A stretch of 64,000 nucleotides of DNA from an uncultured Pseudomonadota bacterium (GCA_949297185.1 CASFRM010000013.1:774-64773); one strand, 5' to 3'. Positions 28,396 through 39,052 are shown, counted from the stretch's first letter. The notes: generated from the sequence alone by a model not told the origin. Made by a program: numbers and translations.

Positions 28396-29153
28396 GCTTT
28401 GTAGGGTAATTTATCGTAGATAAAATCACTTATGCAGTTGGGCAGAATTGAACCCAACCAAACGGCTAGACGCATTTGCCACGGAAAAGCAATCAAACCG
28501 ACATTTTTTTCTATTCTTTCGGCGATAATGCGTGCAGCTTGATCTGCTTCCATAAAAAACGGCATGGGACAAGTGTTTTTATCGGTAATACGCGAACGGA
28601 CAAATCCGGGGCAAATGGTGGAAACACCAATGCCAAGGTTTTTTAAGTGCAATCTTAAACCTTCGCCCCAAGCTTTGACACAAGCCTTGGAGGCGGAATA
28701 AGACGGGCAGGTCGGCATACCGTGATAACCGGCGATTGAAGATGTAATAGCAATCTGTTTTACTTGTTCTGACGGGGCTTTTTTGAAAAGCTCGATGGTA
28801 GGAAGAACCGTATTTACAACACCCATGACATTAATGTTGAAGGTGTTGCGGACATTTTCCGATGTCTCTTCTATAGAACCGACGCCGGCATTGGCAAAGA
28901 CCAAATTGAGCGGAAGTTGGGCATTGCATTCTTCTATCCAATTTTTAACAGCCGCGGCGTCAGAAACATCAAGTTTTACAGCCGTAACTTCACAGCCCAA
29001 TTCTCTGCATTTGGCTGCAACCTGATTTAATCTTTCTTCGTTGCGGCCGCACAGTGATAAACGCGCGATTTTTAATGATGCATAGTGCAGAGCCAAAGCT
29101 TCACCGATGCCGGATGAAGCTCCGGTAATTAGTACATGAGAAAATTTGGTCAT
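28392..29153 (-). CDS. Short-chain dehydrogenase/reductase (SDR)
   Basis: 253 aa with TGASSGIGEALA (the glycine-rich motif) and a YxxxK catalytic dyad (YSASKAC). Confidence 0.8.
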   Translation of the reverse strand: MTKFSHVLITGASSGIGEALALHYASLKIARLSLCGRNEERLNQVAAKCRELGCEVTAVKLDVSDAAAVKNWIEECNAQLPLNLVFANAGVGSIEETSENVRNTFNINVMGVVNTVLPTIELFKKAPSEQVKQIAITSSIAGYHGMPTCPSYSASKACVKAWGEGLRLHLKNLGIGVSTICPGFVRSRITDKNTCPMPFFMEADQAARIIAERIEKNVGLIAFPWQMRLAVWLGSILPNCISDFIYDKLPYKA

Positions 29154-29193
29154 TATTTTTCCTTTAAAAACTTATTAAACTTTTGTTTTTATA

Positions 29194-30135
29194 ATGTTTG
29201 CAAAATTTAATTTACAAAACGGAGTTCTTACCTTGAGTATAGCAAGCATGACCGGTTTTGCAAGAAGTAACGGAAGTTTGCAAACAGCCGAAGAAAATAT
29301 TAATTGGATGTGGGAAATAAAAACCGTTAACGGAAAATCTTTTGATATGAAAACAAAGTTGCCGACGGGATATGAGGATTTGGCAATGGTAATAAAAAAT
29401 ACTGCCGCATCTTATATAAATCGCGGCAGCATTAGTGCAATGTTGGAAATAAACTCAGAGACAAATGCAAAAAAGGTTAAAATCGATACTGATTTGTTGC
29501 AAAAACTAACTGAAGAGGCTTTGACTTTGAGTGAAAAATACTCCGGCAAAATTGCTCAGCCCAGAGCTTCGGAATTAATGTCATTGCGTGGGGTTATTGA
29601 GCTTGAGGATACTCAGTTAAGTGAAAGCGAAAAAGAAACATTGCGAGATAAAATTTTGGCTGATTTTGCTGATTTGTGCAGCAGATTGCGTCAAGATCGG
29701 GAAAGCGAAGGTAAAAAAATAAAAGTTGCGTTGGAGGCAATTTTAGATAAAATCACTACTATCGTTGCCAATATTGAGCAAGCAGCCGATAGTTTGCCGG
29801 AAAAAATTAAAGAAAAACTGCAAGAAATGTTGAAGCAATATACCGCAGATGTGCAAATAAACGAAGACAGGATGGCTCAAGAGATAGTGTTTCTGGTTAC
29901 CAGAGCTGATATAAGAGAAGAGATAGACCGCTTAAAAGCTCATATAAAAACAGCAACCCAATTACTGAATTCTGATGAAGCTGTTGGAAGACGCTTAGAT
30001 TTCTTGTGTCAGGAACTTAATCGTGAAGCTAATACAACTTGCTCAAAATCTGCCGATATCGCGATAACCGATTGGGGTATGGAATTAAAATCTTTGATAG
30101 AGCAATTTAGAGAACAAGTACAAAATATAGAGTAG
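29194..30135 (+). CDS. yicC: YicC-family stress-induced protein
   Basis: 313 aa with a YicC_N domain plus a C-terminal DUF1732 motif (RRLDFLCQELNREANTTCSKS). Confidence 0.7.
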   Translation: MFAKFNLQNGVLTLSIASMTGFARSNGSLQTAEENINWMWEIKTVNGKSFDMKTKLPTGYEDLAMVIKNTAASYINRGSISAMLEINSETNAKKVKIDTDLLQKLTEEALTLSEKYSGKIAQPRASELMSLRGVIELEDTQLSESEKETLRDKILADFADLCSRLRQDRESEGKKIKVALEAILDKITTIVANIEQAADSLPEKIKEKLQEMLKQYTADVQINEDRMAQEIVFLVTRADIREEIDRLKAHIKTATQLLNSDEAVGRRLDFLCQELNREANTTCSKSADIAITDWGMELKSLIEQFREQVQNIE

Positions 30136-30145
30136 GGGAAAGAAT

Positions 30146-30808
30146 ATGGACGAGATTATTGACAGATTGCGTAAGGTTAGAAAGGGAGCTATGTTTATTA
30201 TCGAAGCTCCTTCGGGAACAGGTAAAGGAACCGTAATTAAAGAATTATTGAAAAATGATGATAATATCAAATTTTCGGTTTCGGTTACGACCCGCGCTCC
30301 TCGTGCCGGTGAGGTAGAAGGGGTTGATTATTATTTTGTTACCGATGAACAGTATAATGAATTCTTAAAACAAGATGCATTTTATGAATATGTTGATTCT
30401 CAATATGGTTCGCGCTACGGAACACTGCGTTCGGAAGTAGATAGCTTTATCAATGTCGGCCAAGATGTGCTGTTTGATATGGATTGGGCCGGAGCCAGAC
30501 AAATGCGGCAAAAAGCTAAAGATGATGTGGTAACTATATATTTGTTGCCACCTTCAATAAGAGAACTCAGAAGTCGTTTGGAAGGCAGAGGAACGGACTC
30601 CCAAGAGGTGATAGATAAAAGAATGGGAATAATTTTGGATAAGGTTAGTCATTGGGATGAGTTTGATTATGTGATTGTTAATGTTAACTTGCAAGAAACC
30701 GTTACAAAAATTCAAAAGATTATTTCCGGTGAGAGAATGCGCAGAGTAAGACAAATCGGCCTAAAGGGATTTGTTGATGAGCTGATTAAAGAGGCTAAGG
30801 AAGGTTAA
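30146..30808 (+). CDS. gmk: Guanylate kinase
   Basis: 220 aa with the P-loop APSGTGKGTV and core motifs (VSVTTRAPRAGEVEGVDYYFV). Confidence 0.9.
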   Translation: MDEIIDRLRKVRKGAMFIIEAPSGTGKGTVIKELLKNDDNIKFSVSVTTRAPRAGEVEGVDYYFVTDEQYNEFLKQDAFYEYVDSQYGSRYGTLRSEVDSFINVGQDVLFDMDWAGARQMRQKAKDDVVTIYLLPPSIRELRSRLEGRGTDSQEVIDKRMGIILDKVSHWDEFDYVIVNVNLQETVTKIQKIISGERMRRVRQIGLKGFVDELIKEAKEG

Positions 30809-31368
30809 CGAGAGAGCTTTTTCTTTTGTTCTTCGCTCATTGAATTGTATACGATCACAGCGTTTTTGTCGGCATTGGCGACATTTAGTGATGCAGCCTT
30901 TTTGTAGAGGTTAAAGGCTTCGACATAATCTTTGGAAACCCCGATACCTTTGGTATACATCCAGGCTAAAATTTCGGTGGCCTTGGGGTCGTTTTCTTTT
31001 ACCCTTGAAGTGATTTCGTTTAATTCAAGCGGGGTTACCTGATTGGTTTTGACGGCGGCTATGGCTTTTAGCCACTGCTGTTGTTTGGATTTTTCCAAAG
31101 CCGAGGGATTGGAGTATTCACGAGACAAGCTCATCGGTCCTTTAGTATCTTTTAAGGGAGATATTTTTTCTTGAGGCAGATTTTTGAAGTTTTCTTCATC
31201 GAGCCAATTAAAGTCGGAAGTTTTGCGGTTTTTTACAAATAAAGGCAAGTAGCCCTGATTGTCGGAGCGGATGACATCACGGTATAGTTCATCAAGGCTT
31301 GAGCAATGTCCGTTTTGCCCAAACAATAAAAAAATACTTACCAAAGCAAAAAAACTTATATGCTTCAT
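30805..31368 (-). CDS. Secreted hypothetical protein with a Sel1/TPR-like repeat
   Basis: 187 aa with a signal peptide. A Sel1-like segment (ILAWMYTKGIGVSKDYVEAFNLYKKAA) is present. Its stop overlaps the gmk stop convergently. Confidence 0.4.
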   Translation of the reverse strand: MKHISFFALVSIFLLFGQNGHCSSLDELYRDVIRSDNQGYLPLFVKNRKTSDFNWLDEENFKNLPQEKISPLKDTKGPMSLSREYSNPSALEKSKQQQWLKAIAAVKTNQVTPLELNEITSRVKENDPKATEILAWMYTKGIGVSKDYVEAFNLYKKAASLNVANADKNAVIVYNSMSEEQKKKLSR

Positions 31369-31466
31369 AGTCCTTCCCTTAAAATTAACATTGCAATAAT
31401 AGCATATTTTTGCTATAGGGGTCTATATATTTTTGTGCTTTATAAACAAAAGGGATGTGGTGATTT

Positions 31467-32387
31467 ATGTTAAAAACTTTTACCAATATTACCGAAATGA
31501 TTGGAAAAACTCCGATGCTGGAGTTTGCCTCTTTAGAAAAAAGATTGGCCTTAAAAGCCAAAATTTTTGGTAAATGCGAATTTTATAATCCGTTGTTTTC
31601 AATAAAAGACAGAGCAACTTGGAATATGATTAAAGCTGCTTTGGATAAGATTGAGGTTGATGAAGATACAGTGTTTGTTGAGGCAACCAGCGGTAATGTC
31701 GGTGTGGCTATGGCGGCAATTTGTGCGGCAAAGCAACTTAAGGCTTTAATTATTATGCCGGAGGATACTTCGGCAGAAAAAATTAAGATGATAAAATATT
31801 TTGGTGCCGATGTTATCTTGACTCCTAAAGAAGACGGAATGCAAGGGGCAATCGCCAAAGCTGAGATTTTGGCTAAAAAATCGGATAAAGTCGTTATGCT
31901 AAAACAGTTTGAAAATCTGCACAATATGGAAGCTCATTTGCTTAATACCAGTACCGAGGTTTGGGATGAGATGAACGGAAATGTCGATGTCTTAATTTCG
32001 GCGGTGGGAACATCAGGAACTTTAAGCGGAATCGCGCAGGCCCTAAGAACTTCCAATCCGGATTTGTATGTGGTTGCAGTGGAGCCTAAAAACAGCAATG
32101 TCTTAAACGGAGGCAATAAGGGCTTGCACAAAATTGCCGGAATCGGAGCAGGATTTGTACCGCCGCTTTATAAAAAAGAGCTGGTTAATGAAGTGTTTGA
32201 TGTGGAAGATGATGACGCTTGGGATATGGCAAAAGCCGTAGCTCAGACCGAAGGATTGCCGATAGGAGTATCTGCCGGTGCGGCTATGGTGGCAGCAGTG
32301 GATTTGGCGGCTCGTGATAAGTTTAAGAATAAAAATATTGTGGTAATTTTGCCGGATGCAATAAATAACTATATTTCGCAAATATAG
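31467..32387 (+). CDS. cysK: Cysteine synthase / O-acetylserine sulfhydrylase (PLP-dependent)
   Basis: 306 aa with the PLP-lysine region SIKDRA and the Gly-rich loop GTSGTLSGI. Confidence 0.8.
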   Translation: MLKTFTNITEMIGKTPMLEFASLEKRLALKAKIFGKCEFYNPLFSIKDRATWNMIKAALDKIEVDEDTVFVEATSGNVGVAMAAICAAKQLKALIIMPEDTSAEKIKMIKYFGADVILTPKEDGMQGAIAKAEILAKKSDKVVMLKQFENLHNMEAHLLNTSTEVWDEMNGNVDVLISAVGTSGTLSGIAQALRTSNPDLYVVAVEPKNSNVLNGGNKGLHKIAGIGAGFVPPLYKKELVNEVFDVEDDDAWDMAKAVAQTEGLPIGVSAGAAMVAAVDLAARDKFKNKNIVVILPDAINNYISQI

Positions 32388-32457
32388 ATTTTTGCTTGCC
32401 AGAAAATATTTTTTTGCCTAGTCTGAATTATAATTTTAATAAAATTAAAGAGTAAAA

Positions 32458-33567
32458 ATGAAAGCAAATTCTATTCTCGGCCGCTATTTAATTAAGCAAA
32501 TAGTATTTAACTTTTTGGCGGTGTTGTTGGTTATATTAGGCATCATCTTTTTGTTTGAGATGGTGGAAAGATTGCGTCGTATTGCCGGACATCCGGATTT
32601 GGATGTGTGGTTTGCAGTGCAGCTTGCGGTGGCAAGGTTGCCGAAAACTGCCGAACAGGTGTTTCCGTTTGTGATGATGATTGCGGCAATGATAACTTTT
32701 TGGAAGTTAAGCAAAACCAATGAATTTGTGGTAATGCGTGCCGCCGGTGTTTCAATCTGGGATTTCTTGTCGCCGGTGTGTTTGGCAACATTTGTAATCG
32801 GTATTATAAATGTTACCATGGTTAATCCGGTGGCAGCCGATTTGTATAATATGTTTGAAGTTTTGGAACGGAGAATGGATAATAAAGACCCTTCGGCAGT
32901 CATGTTTTCGGACGACGGGTTATGGATAAGAGAATCCATAGACAATAATAAGGTTATGGTAATGCAGGCCAAAACTTTGCAGCAAGAAAAAAACGGTAAC
33001 TTGTTGTTGCGAGGGGTGAGTATAAGCGAAATAGATGAAAAATCTCGACCCATAAGACAGATTGAGGCATTTGCCGGAGTATTGGAAAAAGGCTTTTTTG
33101 ATTTGAAAGATGTTGCGATTTATACCGCCGGTAAACCCGTTGAAAAATTAGGTAATATGCAATACAAAACGGTTTTGGATATGAGTAAAATTCAAGATAA
33201 TTTCTTGGAACCGGAAGCAATATCTTTTTGGAAGCTGCCGAAAGTGATAAGTTTTTATGATAAGTCGGGATTTGCAATACAGAGACATCAGATGCGTTTT
33301 TGGTCTTTGGTGGTTTCACCGTTTTTCTTGGTAGCCATGGTAATGATGGCGGCGGTGTTTGCTTTGCGTCCGAATAATCGTCGCGGCGGGGTTATGTTCT
33401 TAATCGTTGGCGGTATTGTTACCGGTTTTTCGGCTTATTTCTTATCTCAGGTGGTTTATGCCATGGGTACCAGTGATAATCTTCCGGTTGGTCTTGCGGT
33501 TATTGCACCCACAGTTATTGCTGCTTCTATAGCAGTATCATTGTTGCTTCATTTGGAAGACGGGTAA
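32458..33567 (+). CDS. lptF: LPS export ABC permease, YjgP/YjgQ family (second LptF/LptG paralog)
   Basis: 369 aa with a six-TM permease topology and a periplasmic insert. It is paralogous to ORF 3450-4586. Confidence 0.7.
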   Translation: MKANSILGRYLIKQIVFNFLAVLLVILGIIFLFEMVERLRRIAGHPDLDVWFAVQLAVARLPKTAEQVFPFVMMIAAMITFWKLSKTNEFVVMRAAGVSIWDFLSPVCLATFVIGIINVTMVNPVAADLYNMFEVLERRMDNKDPSAVMFSDDGLWIRESIDNNKVMVMQAKTLQQEKNGNLLLRGVSISEIDEKSRPIRQIEAFAGVLEKGFFDLKDVAIYTAGKPVEKLGNMQYKTVLDMSKIQDNFLEPEAISFWKLPKVISFYDKSGFAIQRHQMRFWSLVVSPFFLVAMVMMAAVFALRPNNRRGGVMFLIVGGIVTGFSAYFLSQVVYAMGTSDNLPVGLAVIAPTVIAASIAVSLLLHLEDG

Positions 33568-33727
33568 AAAACGCGTATAATGGCTCATCTAAAGCGATTT
33601 TTCGCCGATGAATTAAAAAAATACTGGATTTTTAAATTTTTTCTGTTATAAAACAGAACATATTAGATGTGAATATTGTGAAAGTGGGGCCGAAAGCTCC
33701 GCTTTTTGTTTAGGGAGAATCGATATT

Positions 33728-34228
33728 ATGCAACAGAAACACCAACTCTATGATTTGCTGGTGCCGGTGATTGAAAAAATGGGTTTTGAAGTGGTCAGAA
33801 TTATGACTATCGGAGTACAAAAACCTACTTTGCAGATTATGATTGAACGGCAAGACAGAAAAAATTTGGTGGTGGATGATTGTGCCGCCGTTAGCCGCGT
33901 GGTTTCCGATATTTTGGATGAAAAAGATCCGATTGAAGGCGAATATTCTTTGGAAGTTAGTTCTCCGGGGCTTGATAGACCTCTTACCAAGCCTGAGAAT
34001 TTTTCAAGATTTGCCGGTTATGAAGCAAAAGTCGAAACCGATGAAGCGGTAGACGGTCGCAAAAGATTTAAGGGAAAAATTATCGGAATCGATAATGACC
34101 AAGTTATTAGCTTTGAAATGGATGATAAGGTTTATAATATTCCTTTCAATGCAGTTGCAAAAGCTAAGCTTCTACTTACCGACGCTTTGTTGGCAGAGGC
34201 AGAAGCAGAACAGTTTATTGATGAATAA
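33728..34228 (+). CDS. rimP: Ribosome maturation factor RimP
   Basis: 166 aa at the conserved position upstream of nusA, carrying the LEVSSPGLDRPL motif. Confidence 0.8.
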   Translation: MQQKHQLYDLLVPVIEKMGFEVVRIMTIGVQKPTLQIMIERQDRKNLVVDDCAAVSRVVSDILDEKDPIEGEYSLEVSSPGLDRPLTKPENFSRFAGYEAKVETDEAVDGRKRFKGKIIGIDNDQVISFEMDDKVYNIPFNAVAKAKLLLTDALLAEAEAEQFIDE

Positions 34229-34264
34229 TGTACTAACTTTTAATTTTTTTACGCAGAGGATAAT

Positions 34265-35779
34265 ATGCAAACACAAGAAAATATGCCCAGACCTGAGATT
34301 ATCTTAGTCGCAGATACCGTTGCCAGAGAAAAAAACATTGATAAAGAAGATGTTTTTGAGGCAATGGAAGTTGCAATTCAGAAATCTGCCCGTTCTAAAT
34401 ACGGTATGGAACACGATATCAGAGCTCATATTGACCGCAAAACCGGTGCAATTTCTCTATCAAGATATCGTGAGGTTGTAAAGTCGGAAGATGATATCGA
34501 AAACGAAGCTACTCAAATAGCTTTGGATGATGCTTCGGCTTATGATGATAAAATTAAGGTCGGCGAATTTTTGATTGATCCGCTGCCGCCGATTGACTTC
34601 GGACGAATCGCCGCTCAAACCGCAAAGCAAGTTATTATGCAAAAGGTAAAAGAGGCTGAACGCAATAAACAGTTTGAAGAATATAAAGAAAAAGTCGGTA
34701 CAATTATTAACGGAACAGTTAAAAGAGTCGATTTTGCCAGTGTATCGGTTGATATCGGTAAAACCGAAGCTTTGTTGCGTCGTGACGAAATGATACCTAG
34801 AGAAAAATTTAAGGTCGGCGACAGAATCAGAGCTTATGTTTTGGAAGTTCGTCGTGAAAATAAAGGACCGCAAATCTTCTTGTCCAGAACTTGTCCCGAA
34901 TTTTTGGCAAAATTGTTTACTTCGGAAGTTCCGGAAATCTATGACGGTATTGTTCAAATCGTTGCCGTTGCTCGTGATCCGGGATCAAAAGCAAAAATGG
35001 CCGTTAAGACAGATGATGTTACCGTTGATGCAATTGGTGCTTGCGTTGGTTTACGCGGTATCAGAGTTCAAGCAGTTGTTAACGAGTTGCAAGGTGAGAG
35101 AGTTGATATCGTTCCTTACTCTGATGATAAGGCTCAATATATTGTTAGTGCTTTGGCTCCGGCAGAGGTAACCAAAGTGGTTATTGATGAAGAAAATAAC
35201 AGTATAGAAGCCGTGGTTCCGCAAGAGCAGTTTTCGATTGCTATCGGCCGCAGAGGTCAAAATGTAAGATTGGCTTCGCAGTTGTTGGGATGTGATATCG
35301 ATGTCTTGACCGAAGAACAAGAGCAAGAAAGAAGATCAAATGAAAACAAAGTTCGTTCACAAAGATTTATGGAAGCTTTGGATGTTGATGAAATGATTGC
35401 TCACTTGTTGATTGCCGAAGGTTTCTCCAATGTTGACGAGATTGCTATGGTAAGCGTCAATGAATTGGCTGAAATTGAGGGCTTTGACGAAGATGTGGCT
35501 CAAGAATTGCAAAAACGTGCCAAAGAATATGTTGAAAAACGCAATGCAGAATTTGCACAAAAGAGCAAGTCTTTGGGTATTGATGAAAAATTGCAAGCTA
35601 TTGAAGGCTTGGATAAAGATATGCTCTTGACTTTGGCTAACAACAACATTCGCAATGTTGATGATTTGGCCGATTTGGCAACAGATGAACTTATTGAGAT
35701 TTTAGGCGAAGATACTTTGTCGGTTCAAGAGGCCGAAAAGGTTATTATGGCAGCCAGAGCTCATTGGTTTGAAGAATAG
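34265..35779 (+). CDS. nusA: Transcription termination/antitermination factor NusA
   Basis: 504 aa with an N-terminal domain, S1 and KH domains, and C-terminal acidic repeats. Confidence 0.95.
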   Translation: MQTQENMPRPEIILVADTVAREKNIDKEDVFEAMEVAIQKSARSKYGMEHDIRAHIDRKTGAISLSRYREVVKSEDDIENEATQIALDDASAYDDKIKVGEFLIDPLPPIDFGRIAAQTAKQVIMQKVKEAERNKQFEEYKEKVGTIINGTVKRVDFASVSVDIGKTEALLRRDEMIPREKFKVGDRIRAYVLEVRRENKGPQIFLSRTCPEFLAKLFTSEVPEIYDGIVQIVAVARDPGSKAKMAVKTDDVTVDAIGACVGLRGIRVQAVVNELQGERVDIVPYSDDKAQYIVSALAPAEVTKVVIDEENNSIEAVVPQEQFSIAIGRRGQNVRLASQLLGCDIDVLTEEQEQERRSNENKVRSQRFMEALDVDEMIAHLLIAEGFSNVDEIAMVSVNELAEIEGFDEDVAQELQKRAKEYVEKRNAEFAQKSKSLGIDEKLQAIEGLDKDMLLTLANNNIRNVDDLADLATDELIEILGEDTLSVQEAEKVIMAARAHWFEE

Positions 35780-35787
35780 TGTAATAG

Positions 35788-35816
35788 AAGTCGACGGGAT
35801 TATCTCCCGTCGACTT
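35788..35816 (+). promoter_or_regulatory. Intercistronic perfect stem-loop between nusA and the ylxR-like gene
   Basis: AAGTCGACGGGA-ttatc-TCCCGTCGACTT forms a 12-bp perfect stem with no U-tract, 9 nt after the nusA stop. Confidence 0.4.
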
Positions 35817-35828
35817 AAGGATTAAAAA

Positions 35829-36401
35829 ATGCAAAAAGAAACGACCAGAAAATGTATTGCAAGCGGTGTTGTGGCAGAAAAGGAGCAAATGTTGCGCTTT
35901 GCTGTTTTGCCGGACGGAACTGTGGTGCCTGATTTCAAAAAAAGGCTGCTAGGTAAAGGGGGTTATGTTTGTAATGCAAAGTCTTTGCTGCAAAAAGCCA
36001 TAAAGGCAAATTTGTTTGCTAAAGCTTTGAAAGTAAAGACAAAGGTAAGTGAGGAATTACTTGCTCAGGTCGAAGGTATTTTGCATAAACAGGCTCTTGA
36101 TGCCGTGTCTTTGGCTCGCAAAGCCGGTTGTTTGGTTTGCGGAATGGATAAGGTAGCAGATGCATTGAAAAAAAATAATGTCGAGTTTTTGTTGGAGGCC
36201 TCCGATGCCGGTGAAGACGGGCATAAAAAAGTTATGGCTGCCGCCAAAAATTTGGAAGTTTTCAGTTTGTTTAAGACAGAGGAGTTAGATAAAGAATTAG
36301 CAAGAGATAATACAGTCCATTTGGCCTTTTTGAAAGGTGGCGATATGGCAAAAGCGGTTAGAAAAACTTTTGTTGCTCTGACCTCGTTCTTAAACAACTA
36401 A
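35829..36401 (+). CDS. YlxR (DUF448)-like RNA-binding protein fused to an L7Ae-like domain
   Basis: 190 aa with an N-terminal RKCIASG...LRFAV motif (DUF448). It sits at the conserved position between nusA and infB. Confidence 0.65.
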   Translation: MQKETTRKCIASGVVAEKEQMLRFAVLPDGTVVPDFKKRLLGKGGYVCNAKSLLQKAIKANLFAKALKVKTKVSEELLAQVEGILHKQALDAVSLARKAGCLVCGMDKVADALKKNNVEFLLEASDAGEDGHKKVMAAAKNLEVFSLFKTEELDKELARDNTVHLAFLKGGDMAKAVRKTFVALTSFLNN

Positions 36402-36426
36402 AGATTAGAAACGGAGATTAATATAT

Positions 36427-38928
36427 ATGACAGAAGATAATGCAAAAACTAAATTAACATTATCGGGAAAATCTACCCTGACGCTCAAACTCAGCGGCAA
36501 ACCTCAGACAACTGACGGTAAAAAAATGGTGCAGGTTGAAGTGCGTAAAAAAAGAGTTATCGGGCAAAATCCGCAAACTGAAACCAAACCAAAAATTGAC
36601 GAAGAAACAGCTGCTAAGTTAAAACTTATTGCCGAAGCAAAGGAGTATGATTCAAAGCGCAGGCAAGAAGAGGAAGAACGCAATTTATTGAGACAAAAGC
36701 AAAAAGAAGAGGAATTGCGTAAACAAAAAGAAGTTGAAGAAGCACAAAAGAGAGAAGCCGAAGAAAAGGCTAAACAAGAGGCTGAACAACAGAAAAAAGA
36801 AGCCGAACAACAAAAGAAAGAGGAAGCGGCTGCTCAGGTTAAGGAAAATGAAAACAGAGTCTTGACCAAGTTTAAGGAAAGACAAAAGCACGATTTTGAT
36901 GATGAAGATGATGACGATGATTATGGTTATGCTTCTTCGGGAGCTTCTAAAAAAGCCGTATCAAAAGAAGAGGTGTTTGAGCAAGAACGCAAAAAACAAA
37001 TAACCAAGCGCTCTTTTGAACCGCAGCGCAGACAGGCAAAAGTCAGCATCCACAATATTTCGAGCGGTGATGATGACGATGATGATTATGGATTTGGAGC
37101 GCCGCGTCGCAGATTTAAGAAAAAACAGCCCAAACCGGTAACACAGGTTGCACCCACAGAGAAGGTAATTAAGGAAGTTATTATTCCCGAGATTATAACC
37201 GTGCAGGAATTGGCAAACCGTATGGCCGAAAAATCTGCCGAAGTTATTAAAAAATTGATGTCTTTGGGCGTTATGGCTACCATTAACCAGCCGATTGATG
37301 CAGATACGGCACAAATCATTGTTGAGGAGTTCGGTCACAAATTTAAACGTGTTGCTGATAGCGATGTTGAGCAAGTTTTAAATGTTAACGAAGATACCCC
37401 TGAGCAGTTGTTACCCAGAGCTCCGGTCGTTACCGTTATGGGACACGTTGACCATGGTAAAACCTCTTTGCTCGATGCTTTGCGTGAAACTAATGTCGCC
37501 GCAAAAGAGGCCGGTGGTATAACCCAGCATATCGGTGCTTATCAGATTACCGTTAAATCGGGTGACAAGATTACCTTTATTGATACCCCCGGTCACGAAG
37601 CATTCTCAGAAATGCGTGCCAGAGGTGCTAAGGTTACCGATATTGTGGTCTTGGTTGTGGCCGCCAATGACGGTATTATGCCGCAGACAGTTGAGGCTAT
37701 CCGTCATGCGCAAGCAGCCGAAGTGCCGATTGTGGTGGCAATTAATAAAATCGATTTGCCGGGGGCAGATCCGATGAAGGTTAAAACTTCATTGTTGCAA
37801 CATGGAATCGGTGTCGAAGAAATGGGTGGCGAGTGCTTGTGTGCTGAGGTTTCGGCTAAAAAGCGCATTAATATCGATAAATTGGTCGATGCAATTTTGC
37901 TGCAAGCCGAAATGCTTGATTTGAAAGCCAATCCGAATCGTAATGCCGAAGGTGCAATTATTGAAGCTAAAATGGAAAAAGGCCGCGGTACGGTAGTTAC
38001 AGCTTTGGTACAGAAAGGAACACTCAAAGTCGGTGATATTTGTATTGCCGGTAAAGAGTGGGGCCATGTTCGTGCCATGTTTAATGAAAATGGCCACAAG
38101 ATGCAAGAAGCAGGTCCGGCCACTCCGGTAGAGGTCTTGGGATTGCAAGGAACGCCTTCGGCCGGTGATGACTTCGTTGTGGTTGCCGATGAAGGAAAAG
38201 CCAAAGAAATTACCGGATATCGTATCAGAAAAGAACGCGAAGCCAAGTTGGTTAAATCGGCTAAGTCGGCTATGGAACAAATGCTTGATAAGATTAAGTC
38301 CGGTGAGGTTAAACACTTGCCGATTATTATCAAAGCCGATGTTCAAGGGTCGATTGAGGCTATTGAAGGTACGGTTTCTAAGCTTTCTAATGATGAGGTT
38401 AGCGTTCAGATACTGCATTCGGCTGTCGGTGCAATTTCCGAATCGGATGTAACTTTGGCTAAAGCGTCTCATGCTTTGATTATCGGATTTAATGTTCGTG
38501 CCAATGCCCAAGCCCGAGATATGGCTCGTCGTGACGGAGTTGAGATTAAGTATTATTCAATCATTTACGATGTTTTGGATGATATTAAGAAAGGTTTGGA
38601 AGGTATGTTATCGCCCGAACTCAGAGAAAAACTCTTGGGTTATGCTGAAATCAGAGAAGTTTATAACATTACCGGCGTGGGCAAGGTTGGCGGTTGTATG
38701 GTTACCGAAGGTATGGTTAAACGCGGTGCTAAAATCCGCTTGTTGCGTGATAATGTGGTTATTCATGACGGAGCTATCGGTCAGCTCAAGCGCTTCAAAG
38801 AAGATGTAAAAGAAGTTAAAGAAGGGTTTGAGTGCGGTATTTCATTTGAAAATTATAATGACATTCAGAAAGGTGACTTTATTGAATGTTATGAGATTGA
38901 GGAAATTGCCGCTAAGTTGCAAGCCTAA
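36427..38928 (+). CDS. infB: Translation initiation factor IF-2
   Basis: 833 aa with a GTPase domain (VTVMGHVDHGKTSLLD, DTPGHEAF, NKID). The N-terminus contains a Lys/Glu-rich low-complexity region. Confidence 0.95.
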   Translation: MTEDNAKTKLTLSGKSTLTLKLSGKPQTTDGKKMVQVEVRKKRVIGQNPQTETKPKIDEETAAKLKLIAEAKEYDSKRRQEEEERNLLRQKQKEEELRKQKEVEEAQKREAEEKAKQEAEQQKKEAEQQKKEEAAAQVKENENRVLTKFKERQKHDFDDEDDDDDYGYASSGASKKAVSKEEVFEQERKKQITKRSFEPQRRQAKVSIHNISSGDDDDDDYGFGAPRRRFKKKQPKPVTQVAPTEKVIKEVIIPEIITVQELANRMAEKSAEVIKKLMSLGVMATINQPIDADTAQIIVEEFGHKFKRVADSDVEQVLNVNEDTPEQLLPRAPVVTVMGHVDHGKTSLLDALRETNVAAKEAGGITQHIGAYQITVKSGDKITFIDTPGHEAFSEMRARGAKVTDIVVLVVAANDGIMPQTVEAIRHAQAAEVPIVVAINKIDLPGADPMKVKTSLLQHGIGVEEMGGECLCAEVSAKKRINIDKLVDAILLQAEMLDLKANPNRNAEGAIIEAKMEKGRGTVVTALVQKGTLKVGDICIAGKEWGHVRAMFNENGHKMQEAGPATPVEVLGLQGTPSAGDDFVVVADEGKAKEITGYRIRKEREAKLVKSAKSAMEQMLDKIKSGEVKHLPIIIKADVQGSIEAIEGTVSKLSNDEVSVQILHSAVGAISESDVTLAKASHALIIGFNVRANAQARDMARRDGVEIKYYSIIYDVLDDIKKGLEGMLSPELREKLLGYAEIREVYNITGVGKVGGCMVTEGMVKRGAKIRLLRDNVVIHDGAIGQLKRFKEDVKEVKEGFECGISFENYNDIQKGDFIECYEIEEIAAKLQA

Positions 38929-39052
38929 TTCTTTGAAAATCAATGTAAAACAGCCTAAAGTAAAAAATGGGCTGTTTTTTTGTCTTTTTATGTTTGACAA
39001 TTTTGTCTATTTCTGATAAATTTATGTCATAAGGAAATATAATTTATATATT

